From a virus (Duplodnaviria > Caudoviricetes), in the IMG/VR virus record IMGVR_UViG_3300042358_000005, positions 32,001-96,000 of that record: a stretch of DNA of 64,000 bases. One strand, given 5' to 3'. Below, piece after piece: positions 50,014-59,062 of this stretch (its first letter is position 1; every line of letters begins with the position of its first letter). The position numbers were made by a program, and so were the translations under genes. The notes below the pieces were generated by a model. That model made no database searches and had not been told where the DNA came from. It saw only the letters and a list, made by a program, of their open reading frames with translations.

Positions 50014-50430
50014 ATGGCACTAAAATCACTATTTCCAGATGATATGATTAGCAAAGGGCCTAGTAGTGAGCTTTCATTAGATAGCATTGCTGCTAAGCTT
50101 ACTTACTTTCATGAGCAACTACATTTGTTGCACTGGCAGACAAGCTCTTACGCAGAGCATATGGCACTAGGAGGATTGTACGATTATGTACATGATTTCA
50201 AAGATGGGTTGGTTGAGAAGATTATGGGATATACAGGTAAAAGACCTGGAGCTTATAAGATAGAACCTCTTGGAGCAGCTAATGCTTCTTCTGTTGTTTC
50301 TGAGCTAATGAGCTTTGCTTCATCTCTAAAAGCATATGGTGAGAAGAATAGCTTCCACGATGTATGTAATCTTGCAGACTCTCTATCAGGAGAAGCAGCT
50401 AAAACTAAATATCTTTTAACATTGTCATAA
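50014..50430 (+). CDS. Ferritin/Dps-like four-helix protein (DUF5856-like)
   Basis: HLLHWQTSSYAEHMALGGLYD…DGLVEKIMG…TKYLLTL. Confidence 0.7.
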   Translation: MALKSLFPDDMISKGPSSELSLDSIAAKLTYFHEQLHLLHWQTSSYAEHMALGGLYDYVHDFKDGLVEKIMGYTGKRPGAYKIEPLGAANASSVVSELMSFASSLKAYGEKNSFHDVCNLADSLSGEAAKTKYLLTLS

Positions 50431-50714
50431 TGGAGATAAACAGAAAACATTTTCCAAGAGTGATGCAAGATAATGATGAAACATTCCTTGCACATCTGGA
50501 AGGTGTTATTTCTTCTGTTGATGAACTTTGTAGCTTAGAGATAACAAAAAGTTTAGAATCATACAAATTTAGAATAGCTTGTAGCTTACCTAAATATAAC
50601 AACATGTTAATAGAAGAGATTCTTAAGTTTTGTAACATGTTTAGAATAAGACTTGACATGAGTAAGAGTATAAAAACATCAAGTGTAATAACATTTGAAA
50701 TAAATCTAAATTAA
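50430..50714 (+). CDS. Hypothetical protein
   Basis: 94-aa ORF, TAATG-coupled. Confidence 0.65.
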   Translation: MEINRKHFPRVMQDNDETFLAHLEGVISSVDELCSLEITKSLESYKFRIACSLPKYNNMLIEEILKFCNMFRIRLDMSKSIKTSSVITFEINLN

Positions 50715-50715
50715 T

Positions 50716-51948
50716 ATGCCAACATTTATAAAACCAGGATTCTGGAAAGAAACATGCAATCCTTGTAATGGTTACAAAGGATGGTTAAACCTTGATCAAT
50801 TCTCTGGTCAATCAGGAACAAATGGAACAAGTGGTACTAGCGGTGTATCAGGTGAACAGGGTGTTCAAGGAATTCAAGGGATACAGGGAATACAGGGAAT
50901 ACAAGGAGTTACAGGTTCTAGTGGTACTAATGGTACATCAGGACTAACTGGAGACAGATATCAAACTACATCTACAACAACTTTTGAATTAGGAGTGAGT
51001 ACAACTCTTACTGTTGAAACAGGATTATCTTATTCAGTAGCACAAGATGTAATTATATCATTTAATGTTAATAATCATCAAGTGTGTTCTGTAGTTAGTT
51101 ATGATCCTATAGTAGGGACATTGGTTATTGGACCTCCTATATCAGTAACTGGATCAGGTACATATAGTGTATGGGGAGTAAATCTAAATGGTGCAGCTGG
51201 AGGAGATGGTACAAACGGAACCTCTGGTACAAGTGGTCTTTCAGGATCTAATGGAACCAGTGGAACTAGTGGTATACAAGGAATACAAGGTGTACAAGGA
51301 ATTCAAGGAATTCAAGGAGTTAATGGTACCAATGGTACTTCTGGCACTAGTGGATTAACTGGAACTAACGGAACATCTGGTATCAATGGTAGCAATGGTA
51401 CAAGTGGATCTTCAGGAGTGAGTAATGCTACAGCATCTTACGGTTTATTTGCTCAAACAGCTGATAGCACACCTGTAACTGCCACTGCAGTAGAAACAAC
51501 AGTAATAGGATCAGGAGTTGGTACATTATCTGTTCCTGCAAATGCATTCTCTATTGGAGATTCTTTTCTTTGTTCTTTAGATGGTTTAATTTCTTGTACA
51601 AGTGCATCAACTGTACGCATTCGAGTAAAAACAGTAGGAGGAACACTTCTTGCAGATACTGGAATAATTGATTTGGCTGCTGCAACTAATAAAGCTTGGA
51701 TAATGAACTTATATTTTACAGTAAGAACATTAGGAATAGCTACTGTTGCATCAATTTCATCTGGAGGATTGTTCTCTTATATTAGAAATGGGGGAACTCA
51801 ATTTGAAGGATATAATTTAAGTACAGTTAATAGCACTACATTTGATACCACTATTAACAATACATTAGTAATCACAGCACAGTGGGATACAGCTGATGTA
51901 GACAATTCAATATTGTCACGAAACTTCACACTAACAAAAGTCTATTAA
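50716..51948 (+). CDS. Collagen-like fibre protein (GIQ and GTS/GTN triplets) with a module shared with the long fibre
   Basis: 410 aa; GIQGIQ and GTSGTN tracts; GDRY…NLNGAAGGDG module; beta-rich C-terminal domain. Confidence 0.8.
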   Translation: MPTFIKPGFWKETCNPCNGYKGWLNLDQFSGQSGTNGTSGTSGVSGEQGVQGIQGIQGIQGIQGVTGSSGTNGTSGLTGDRYQTTSTTTFELGVSTTLTVETGLSYSVAQDVIISFNVNNHQVCSVVSYDPIVGTLVIGPPISVTGSGTYSVWGVNLNGAAGGDGTNGTSGTSGLSGSNGTSGTSGIQGIQGVQGIQGIQGVNGTNGTSGTSGLTGTNGTSGINGSNGTSGSSGVSNATASYGLFAQTADSTPVTATAVETTVIGSGVGTLSVPANAFSIGDSFLCSLDGLISCTSASTVRIRVKTVGGTLLADTGIIDLAAATNKAWIMNLYFTVRTLGIATVASISSGGLFSYIRNGGTQFEGYNLSTVNSTTFDTTINNTLVITAQWDTADVDNSILSRNFTLTKVY

Positions 51949-51949
51949 A

Positions 51950-51981
51950 TTTGGATTTGTAACTTATTTAATCTACATTTG
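51950..51981 (+). promoter_or_regulatory. Bacteroidota primary-sigma promoter
   Basis: TTTG 51950-51953, 20-nt spacer, TACATTTG 51974-51981. Confidence 0.7.
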
Positions 51982-52010
51982 TTACATAAATCAATTAAAT
52001 AATTTACATT

Positions 52011-52247
52011 ATGGCACAGTATGATCCTGCAAAAAGGTACACCTGGACTCCTGAAGACACATTTGAAATCTCAGGACAAGACTTCGGTCTAATTCTTAAC
52101 ACTGTTAGATCTTATCTATCATCAGAAGAAGCAGCACGTTTTCAATTGATGATGAAAGCTAACGAGGTTATTGAAAAATTAATGATAGCTGGCGTTGAAG
52201 CTGATATCATTAAAGAAGTTGAAGCAGAAGCTCCAGTAGCAGAATAA
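52011..52247 (+). CDS. Hypothetical acidic protein
   Basis: 78-aa ORF after the promoter. Confidence 0.7.
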   Translation: MAQYDPAKRYTWTPEDTFEISGQDFGLILNTVRSYLSSEEAARFQLMMKANEVIEKLMIAGVEADIIKEVEAEAPVAE

Positions 52248-52302
52248 CAACATACCTGTTGGGAGACGAATAACAGGTGATTTCAAACAAAAGCTCTTCT
52301 CT

Positions 52303-52506
52303 ATGAGAATATATGAACCAAAGAATAGAATAGATGTTACAACACCCAAGGGAGATGGGATAATTCTTTTTGTGACTGATTATGGTCATGAGACAGACAC
52401 CATCTATACAATTATTATAAATGAAACAGGAGAAATGTGGCAATACACCCATTCTCAATTAATAGTTAAACCCAATATAACATTTAAACGCTATGGCAAC
52501 AATTAA
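52303..52506 (+). CDS. Hypothetical protein
   Basis: 67 aa; VTTPKGDG…DYGHE. Confidence 0.65.
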   Translation: MRIYEPKNRIDVTTPKGDGIILFVTDYGHETDTIYTIIINETGEMWQYTHSQLIVKPNITFKRYGNN

Positions 52507-52915
52507 AAAAGCACAAGGTGGTGTAACAGCTACAAAAGATAGTACAGCTTATTTTAGTAATAAAGCTGATAAGTTATCAGCTTCTATGAAAAAGAAAAAT
52601 TTAAAGGGAGATTTTAGAGGAGGATCATCAGATTTAAAAGGTGCTCTTCAAGCTTTAAAAGATGAATATAGACAAGGTAATAAAGGAAAATCTGGTTATG
52701 ATAAAAATGGCTATCGTTTGAAAAATGGTGGATCTTTATCTGGACTTAAAGCCTCCAACAAAAGAGTTGGTCCTGTAGATCCTAATGGAGCATTCACAAA
52801 GGTTCAAGAAAGAACATTAGCTGGTGCTAAAGGTAAAGCTAAGCTTGTAAAAGATAAACAACTTGGTGCTACAAAGATGACAGCTAAAGCTGGAAAGAAA
52901 ATCTCTAAGAAATAA
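52493..52915 (+). CDS. Small Lys-rich protein
   Basis: MATIKKAQGG…LKNGG. Confidence 0.7.
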   Translation: MATIKKAQGGVTATKDSTAYFSNKADKLSASMKKKNLKGDFRGGSSDLKGALQALKDEYRQGNKGKSGYDKNGYRLKNGGSLSGLKASNKRVGPVDPNGAFTKVQERTLAGAKGKAKLVKDKQLGATKMTAKAGKKISKK

Positions 52916-53079
52916 TGGCTACCACTGATAAAAAGTGGATGCAAAAAGTTTCAGCTTCTATCAAAAAACGTGGTACTGCTGGTAAATGTACACCAATCAC
53001 TAAACCTGGTTGTACAGGAAAAGCTAAAGCTCTTGCTAAAACTTTTAAAAAGATTGCTAAATCTAATAAGAAGAAATAA
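52915..53079 (+). CDS. Small Lys-rich protein (54 aa; not in ORF track)
   Basis: MATTDKKWMQKVSASIKKRGTAGKCTPITKPGCTGKAKALAKTFKKIAKSNKKK; TAATG overlaps at both ends. Confidence 0.75.
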   Translation: MATTDKKWMQKVSASIKKRGTAGKCTPITKPGCTGKAKALAKTFKKIAKSNKKK

Positions 53080-53354
53080 TGTCTAAGCTAAATCCACAGA
53101 ACGCTACAGCTTATGTAGGCCCTGGTGTTTTACGCAAAGGAGGAAAAATCACTCCTGTTCCAAATGGTCCTCTTATTAAGAAGAAAGGTCCATTTAAAGG
53201 AAGCACATTAAAATCTGGTGGTATGTTAAAACGTAAAGATGGATCTACATCTAGACGTGGTTTATGGGATAATATAAGAGCTAATAAAGGATCTGGAAAG
53301 AAACCTACAGCAGCTATGTTAAAACAAGAAAAGAAAATTAAAGCTAAGAAATAA
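53079..53354 (+). CDS. Small Lys-rich protein
   Basis: LRKGG, LKSGG, RRGLWDNIRA. Confidence 0.7.
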   Translation: MSKLNPQNATAYVGPGVLRKGGKITPVPNGPLIKKKGPFKGSTLKSGGMLKRKDGSTSRRGLWDNIRANKGSGKKPTAAMLKQEKKIKAKK

Positions 53355-53632
53355 TGGCAACAGCAGCATGGACTAGAAAAGAAGGAAAGAATCCTTCTGG
53401 TGGTTTAAACAAAAAGGGAGTGGCTTCTTATAGAGCTGCTAATCCTGGTAGTAAACTAAAGACAGCTGTAACTACTAAACCTTCTAAACTTAAACCTGGA
53501 AGTAAAGCTGCAGGAAGACGTAAGTCATTTTGTAGTAGAATGTCAGGTATGAAAAAGAAGCTTACCAGTGCTAAGACAGCAAAAGACCCTCAATCAAGAA
53601 TCAATAAGTCACTTCGTAAGTGGAATTGCTAA
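53354..53632 (+). CDS. Small basic phage protein (DUF6321-like)
   Basis: AWTRKEGKNPSGGLNKKG…RRKSFCSRM…SLRKWNC. Confidence 0.75.
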   Translation: MATAAWTRKEGKNPSGGLNKKGVASYRAANPGSKLKTAVTTKPSKLKPGSKAAGRRKSFCSRMSGMKKKLTSAKTAKDPQSRINKSLRKWNC

Positions 53633-53650
53633 CAATCAAAATAATATATA

Positions 53651-54112
53651 ATGGCAACAATAAAAAAAGCTCAAGCAGGAATCACTGCTAAAAAACCTGT
53701 AGTTAAAGTGGTGGAAAAGAAAACCACTGTAACAGCAAAAAAACCTAAGACTGTTTCTGAGAGAATTGGAGATTTGACATTAAGAGATGTTAAAAATTCT
53801 GCTGAAGATGCTCTTAATCTTTCCACTCTTGGTGGATATGGAGTTGCAAAGAAAAAAGTTAAAGAATTAACTGGTATGAAATCTGGTGGTAAAATGAAAA
53901 AAGCTAAGTCTGGTGGTTCATTCCCTGATCTTAATAAAGATGGAAAGATTACAAAAGCTGATGTTCTTAAAGGACGTGGTGTTATAGCTAAGAAAGGTGT
54001 TAAAATGAAAAAAGCTCAGACTGGTGATAAATTATATCCTACATCTGGTATAGGTAAAAATGTACCAGCTAAGAGTGGTAAGTTAATGAAAAAGTGTAAA
54101 GGTGGCTGCTAG
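53651..54112 (+). CDS. Lys-rich protein with an EF-hand-like loop
   Basis: MATIKKAQAG; KSGG repeats; FPDLNKDGKITKAD. Confidence 0.7.
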   Translation: MATIKKAQAGITAKKPVVKVVEKKTTVTAKKPKTVSERIGDLTLRDVKNSAEDALNLSTLGGYGVAKKKVKELTGMKSGGKMKKAKSGGSFPDLNKDGKITKADVLKGRGVIAKKGVKMKKAQTGDKLYPTSGIGKNVPAKSGKLMKKCKGGC

Positions 54113-54119
54113 TAAATCT

Positions 54120-54269
54120 ATGACAGCTGGTAAAGCTAAGAAGAGTGGTAAGCCTAGAATGGCTCCTAAGGTAGCTCCTCCTAACCCAATCAATGGGAAT
54201 TACATGAAGGAAGCTGGAGATCAAGGTACAAAGAGACCTTTACTTAAGAAGAAGAAAATATCAAAATAA
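54120..54269 (+). CDS. Small Lys/Pro-rich protein (49 aa; GTG start at 54102 also possible; not in ORF track)
   Basis: MTAGKAKKSGKPRMAPKVAPPNPINGNYMKEAG…; ends at the terminator. Confidence 0.6.
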   Translation: MTAGKAKKSGKPRMAPKVAPPNPINGNYMKEAGDQGTKRPLLKKKKISK

Positions 54270-54297
54270 AGAAAGCCCCTTAATTGGGGCTTTTTTT
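54268..54297. terminator. Bidirectional terminator at the strand switch
   Basis: AAAGAAAGCCCC-TTAATT-GGGGCTTTTTTT. Confidence 0.85.
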
Positions 54298-54946
54298 ATC
54301 TAACTGTGTATTGATTTGAGTAAACATTACCTTCTAATAACTTGTATCTTGTACCAAACTTATGTAATAGATATGGAAGACTGAGTTGATCTTGAACAGA
54401 CCATATGCAATTGTGATAGAACCACTCTTTCATTAAATTGTATTGTCTGTTAGCTATAACATTCTTAGAATATATGAATGTTCCACATTCAAAAAGAACA
54501 TTATCTATCCAGTGTACATTTTTAGAATAGTGCTCTACTTGCTCTTTCATTCTTTCTCCATCATACCTATCAATAAGATATTGATTATCTGTAGCAATTA
54601 AACTAATGACATGGTCTAGCTCTTGTTTAACAGAACTTCTTCCTGAATGTTTAAAGAAACATGCATCTGTGTCAATACATACATCTACCATTCTCTCTAT
54701 AGCTGATTCATCTGATATTGAAAAACCAGCATCCATCCATATGTAATAGTCATAACTTGGATGATCTTCCCAAACTATCATTTTAGGTATTTTACCACGT
54801 AATCTGGGAAACATAGCTTTTTGTCTTGGAGATTCTATTTGATCATCTATTCTATTAAATACTATTTCATACTTATCAGATTTTTGATCTACCCATCTAG
54901 AATATAATCCACTTCCAAATGAAGCTGTTGTTACTAATACTCTCAT
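54296..54946 (-). CDS. DUF616 (TOD1/MUCI70)-like glycosyltransferase
   Basis: KIPK…YIWMDAG…FKHSGRSSVKQE…ECG…QDQLSLPY. Confidence 0.65.
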   Translation of the reverse strand: MRVLVTTASFGSGLYSRWVDQKSDKYEIVFNRIDDQIESPRQKAMFPRLRGKIPKMIVWEDHPSYDYYIWMDAGFSISDESAIERMVDVCIDTDACFFKHSGRSSVKQELDHVISLIATDNQYLIDRYDGERMKEQVEHYSKNVHWIDNVLFECGTFIYSKNVIANRQYNLMKEWFYHNCIWSVQDQLSLPYLLHKFGTRYKLLEGNVYSNQYTVR

Positions 54947-55695
54947 TGTTTATTTATAAAATCTTTTAACATTTGCGCATAGTCTTTGTTCCAATGAGGA
55001 TTCAAATGAACATCTCCTGTAGGGATAAGATTTTTTTGTCTTAAGCTTTCTATATATTCACTATGTCTTTGTATTATGTTAGGCTTATCTGCAGTGTCTG
55101 TACCTTGTCCAGATTGATGATAACCACGTCCACCCCACATATAGAACCAAGAACATTCTTCATTAGGAGGAGCAGCTAAAACCATTCCTTGTCTTCCTAG
55201 ATTCTGTAGAGATATAGCTAATGTCATATCTCCTCCAGCATTCTGTATTGGACTTTTACCTATTTTTTCCCAAGCTTTCTTGCTATATACAATACCTGAA
55301 TTACCAAGGCCCATTATTTTGGTTATATTAGGTTCATTATAGAACACACCTCTTTCCCAATGTAATATATTAGCATCAGGTCTCCAAAACTTAGCTATGT
55401 TAGAGAGGTGATTGCTTAGTGCTACATCATCATCATCCCATACAGCAATAAGATCTCCAGAACAATGCTCTATAGCATAGTTTTCTTTATCCCCAATTGT
55501 AGGGAATGTTTCATCCATATTATAAATTTTTATTTCTGGATGATCATATACTAACTTTTGTAGAGGGTAGTCATTAACTATAATAAGTTCTTTCTTACCT
55601 GGATACTCTTGTAGGAGGAAACTTTGTATAGCTTCCTCCAGAGTATCTACTCTTCCATAAGTGATGCATTTGCAACTAATGAAAGGATATTCCAT
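54943..55695 (-). CDS. GT2-family glycosyltransferase
   Basis: ATG 55695 preferred; CITYGR…LEEAIQSFLLQEY…ELIIVND…AVWDDDD. Confidence 0.8.
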   Translation of the reverse strand: MEYPFISCKCITYGRVDTLEEAIQSFLLQEYPGKKELIIVNDYPLQKLVYDHPEIKIYNMDETFPTIGDKENYAIEHCSGDLIAVWDDDDVALSNHLSNIAKFWRPDANILHWERGVFYNEPNITKIMGLGNSGIVYSKKAWEKIGKSPIQNAGGDMTLAISLQNLGRQGMVLAAPPNEECSWFYMWGGRGYHQSGQGTDTADKPNIIQRHSEYIESLRQKNLIPTGDVHLNPHWNKDYAQMLKDFINKQ

Positions 55696-55696
55696 A

Positions 55697-55978
55697 TTAC
55701 CAGATTTGAATAATGTCAAATGGAGAAACTAACAATACAGTTTCTTCTTCTGATAGAGGGATTAATGGAGCTTTTGATAAAGCTGCTGGATCTACAAGAA
55801 CAAAATCACCCACCTTCACTTCCATGTTAGCTGTACCAACACTATGAACTTTAAGTTTGTTCATCTTCTTCAACATTTCTTTCTCTAAAGATTCTTTTGT
55901 ATTCTCATCTACGATAAGTTTGCTTTCTTCTTTCTTTGGTATCTCTAAGTAGATACGGTTTCCTAATAATCTTGCCAT
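55697..55978 (-). CDS. groES: GroES-like co-chaperonin
   Basis: LLGNRIYL…VHSVG…VKVGDFVLV…DII. Confidence 0.65.
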   Translation of the reverse strand: MARLLGNRIYLEIPKKEESKLIVDENTKESLEKEMLKKMNKLKVHSVGTANMEVKVGDFVLVDPAALSKAPLIPLSEEETVLLVSPFDIIQIW

Positions 55979-55980
55979 GG

Positions 55981-56256
55981 CTATTTGTATTCTGTTAAGT
56001 TAAAAAATCTTGCTGCGTCCTCTACATTCAATAGAATTTCTGATTGAACTGTTTCTCTAACACTCTTATATCCCTTCATCTTGTTAGTCCTGATGTCGAT
56101 ATCTGGTTGTTGTGTTACTCTCTCATTGAAATCATCTAAGATTACAATTAGACTCTCATCTTCATTAGTTAAGGTTCTAATAACCTTATTAAGATTTAAA
56201 GAAGCTTTGAACTCCTTCTCAGCTATTACAGCTGTGTAAATAAATTGATTGTTCAT
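55981..56256 (-). CDS. Hypothetical protein
   Basis: 91-aa ORF in operon. Confidence 0.7.
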   Translation of the reverse strand: MNNQFIYTAVIAEKEFKASLNLNKVIRTLTNEDESLIVILDDFNERVTQQPDIDIRTNKMKGYKSVRETVQSEILLNVEDAARFFNLTEYK

Positions 56257-56273
56257 ATTGGTTGTTTTAATTA

Positions 56274-56534
56274 TTAAATTTCTTTTGAGAACTTTAGATC
56301 AGTAAGAATATCTTCATACATCTTCAATGGCATATTACCAGATTGTCTATGTACTTCTTTACCATCTTTTAGAAACACCATAGTAGGAACACTTCTGATT
56401 CCATACTTTCTAGCTGTTTCTTGATCTTTCTCTATATCAATGTTGGTTATTCCTTCAACATCTTTTAGTGTGTTTGCTAACACTCTACAAGGCCCACACC
56501 ATGAGGCACTAAATTTTAATACTTCTACATTCAT
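56274..56534 (-). CDS. trxA: Thioredoxin
   Basis: FSASWCGPC, YGIRSVPT. Confidence 0.9.
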   Translation of the reverse strand: MNVEVLKFSASWCGPCRVLANTLKDVEGITNIDIEKDQETARKYGIRSVPTMVFLKDGKEVHRQSGNMPLKMYEDILTDLKFSKEI

Positions 56535-56639
56535 TTTTTAAATTTAAAATATTTACTATGTTCTTTTTTTCTGGATTTGTATTTTATTACATTTCCTTTA
56601 CTATCTTTTGTAAATTGATCTATCACTTTATTGAGACCA

Positions 56640-57035
56640 TCAAAGTATAGAATACTTATTTTTGAGACTATCACGTCTTTTATTAACTTCATCATATCTA
56701 TACATATCATTTTCTACGTTAGAATGTTCTTCAAGTGTCAAAAGTATAATATTTTCTTCATCTAAACAAGCTTCAGGATATTTTTCTTTAGCTAGTATAT
56801 GATGAAAGTATGTACTCATAGGTTCAGATCCTAGATAGTCACCACTCACTTCTGAATGGTGACTTCTCTTTTTCCATATGTCAAGAAACATCTCTCTTTG
56901 TATGATATATCCATCACTAACCACCTTTTTGGTAGTTAATGATGGTTTTATACCACTTTGTTGTAGTTGTTTTCTTGGTTTATGTTGGAAACAATATTCC
57001 TTATCAGAATTCTTTCCACATGTCTTACACTTCAT
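56640..57035 (-). CDS. NinG/HNH-like protein
   Basis: CKTCG…C..H; FHHILAK…YP…ENIILL…EH. Confidence 0.55.
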   Translation of the reverse strand: MKCKTCGKNSDKEYCFQHKPRKQLQQSGIKPSLTTKKVVSDGYIIQREMFLDIWKKRSHHSEVSGDYLGSEPMSTYFHHILAKEKYPEACLDEENIILLTLEEHSNVENDMYRYDEVNKRRDSLKNKYSIL

Positions 57036-57355
57036 TACTTATCTGTAAAGTTTTTATTTAAATCATGTGATGATGATCTATCTCCTGGTGGATCATTAAG
57101 AATAAAATTGAAAGGATTAACACCTCCTACATAAGATGATTCAGATGTAGGTGTCCAATTTAACTTAGAAGGTGTACAATCACAACTTCCTCTCCATGGA
57201 GCATTTATCTTCTTACATCTAGTACATTCCCAAGCTAAAGAGACTGGACTTATACATGTACACATCTTTGGTGCAGCTGTACTATTCCAACTGAAAGGAT
57301 GTGATTTATATCCTTGGCACTTGGTGCATAACTGAGGGTAGTCAAAACTAAGCAT
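57035..57355 (-). CDS. Cys-rich (zinc-ribbon) hypothetical protein
   Basis: CTKC, CTC, WECTRC…CDC. Confidence 0.55.
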   Translation of the reverse strand: MLSFDYPQLCTKCQGYKSHPFSWNSTAAPKMCTCISPVSLAWECTRCKKINAPWRGSCDCTPSKLNWTPTSESSYVGGVNPFNFILNDPPGDRSSSHDLNKNFTDK

Positions 57356-57656
57356 TGTCTTTCACAAATTGACCATCTACCATCTTACCTGTACGCTTAG
57401 ATATTACATTGTATGCACTATTCAAACATTCTGTCAAGCTTAATCCTTGCATCTCTGCTTGTATAATGATTGTAACTAGTATATCACCCAGAGCATCAAT
57501 TATCTCTTCTCTATCATCATTTTCGATAGCTGTGATTAATTCATCTGTTTCTTCCCAAGTCTTCATTGCTTGTGCTCTTGGTGTTCCATTCTCTAGGATA
57601 CCTTTCTGTGTTGCCCATGCTATAACAAGAGCTTCTAATTCATTGTAACTTTTCAT
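57348..57656 (-). CDS. MazG-like NTP pyrophosphohydrolase
   Basis: KTWEETDEL…DALGDILVT…AYNVISKRTG. Confidence 0.8.
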   Translation of the reverse strand: MKSYNELEALVIAWATQKGILENGTPRAQAMKTWEETDELITAIENDDREEIIDALGDILVTIIIQAEMQGLSLTECLNSAYNVISKRTGKMVDGQFVKDNA

Positions 57657-57967
57657 AATCTGTCTTTTAAACTTGCTTCACATAAAATCAAGTAGTTAAT
57701 TAAATCTCCTATTTTTTCGTTAATATGTTCTTCTTTAGGAAAACTTCCTTTCTCTACATCATTAAGCATGTCCATGAAGGATACATAATGTTTAAGAGCA
57801 AATCCCCATAAAGCTTTTTCTCTAGTAGTATTACCTAATCTAGCTGCTACATTGAAGTTGTGAAGAGGGTCATTCCCTCTTCTATACTCCTTACCTTTTT
57901 CAATTAATGTTTGTTGTATCTTCTGCACACGCTGTTGCACTAAGATGTCAAAATCTTGTTCTGTCAT
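57653..57967 (-). CDS. All-alpha nucleotide-modification-associated (DUF1599-like) protein
   Basis: KGKEY…DPLHNF…KH…KIGDLINYLIL. Confidence 0.55.
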   Translation of the reverse strand: MTEQDFDILVQQRVQKIQQTLIEKGKEYRRGNDPLHNFNVAARLGNTTREKALWGFALKHYVSFMDMLNDVEKGSFPKEEHINEKIGDLINYLILCEASLKDRL

Positions 57968-57976
57968 TATATATAT

Positions 57977-59062
57977 TTAAAGTTGTGATTTATCAAATAA
58001 GTTAACTTGTTCTGGTTCAGAAACTACATCCTCTTCCACTTCTATTTCTTCTATAGGAAGATCAGACTCATTGATCTTAGCAATAATCTTTTCTCTTAGC
58101 TCATCATAGAACTCTGGATTATCAACCACCAACTGTTTGAATTCTTCTAAATCATACTTAGTTCCATCTACAGTCATAGTTTTACCATACTTACGTCCTA
58201 GTTCAAACTCATTAAGAAGAGCCATCATCTCATCAAGTTTATCAATACCTTTACCATACACTATCTCAAATTCCGATTTGCGATATGGAGGAGACATTTT
58301 ATTCTTAATAGCTTTCAACTTAGTAATATTACCATAAGTTACATCACCATCTTTAGCTAAGCTTCTAGACACTTCTATTCTTACATCACTATAGAATTTC
58401 AAAGCATGACCACCTTGAGTTGTTGTTGGATTACCAAACATAACACCAATCTTCTCTCTATACTGACTAATAACAATTACACATACATTATGTTGCGATA
58501 GAGCCCCTTTAAGCTTTGGATAAGCATTACTATTCAATAAAGCCTTTCTACCGATTGTAGAGTCTCCTACATCACCATCAAGCATCTTTTTAGGAATAAG
58601 AGATGAATCTGAATCTATGATAACAAGATCAATCTCTCCAGTGTTAATCATTTCCATTGCAATGTTGAATCCTTCTTCACCACATGATGGTTGAGAGATT
58701 AACATTTTAGTTGTATCTACACCTAATTTCTTGAAATAGCTCTTATCAACAGCATGCTCACCATCTATATATAGAACAGTTCCACCTGCTTTCTGGCATT
58801 CAGCTGCAGCATGTCCACATATTGTAGATTTACCTGTACCCTCCCAGCCCATAAGTTCATAGAGTTTCCCCTTTACAAATCCTCCTACACCAAGAGTGAT
58901 GTGATCAAAACCAATACTTCCTGTACTGATTACATCATAATCTCCTCCTGCTTTAGAATCTAATGCTAAAATTGAACCAACACCATACTTTTTATTTAGG
59001 TTGTCGATTGCTGTTAGAAACTTGCTATCAGTTTCTTTTGTCACTGCTTTTTTTACTGCCAT
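57977..59062 (-). CDS. recA: RecA recombinase
   Basis: ISTGSIGFD, Walker A GWEGTGKST, IDGEHAVD, KIGVMFGNP, GGHALKFYSDVR, KNKMSPP. Confidence 0.95.
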   Translation of the reverse strand: MAVKKAVTKETDSKFLTAIDNLNKKYGVGSILALDSKAGGDYDVISTGSIGFDHITLGVGGFVKGKLYELMGWEGTGKSTICGHAAAECQKAGGTVLYIDGEHAVDKSYFKKLGVDTTKMLISQPSCGEEGFNIAMEMINTGEIDLVIIDSDSSLIPKKMLDGDVGDSTIGRKALLNSNAYPKLKGALSQHNVCVIVISQYREKIGVMFGNPTTTQGGHALKFYSDVRIEVSRSLAKDGDVTYGNITKLKAIKNKMSPPYRKSEFEIVYGKGIDKLDEMMALLNEFELGRKYGKTMTVDGTKYDLEEFKQLVVDNPEFYDELREKIIAKINESDLPIEEIEVEEDVVSEPEQVNLFDKSQL

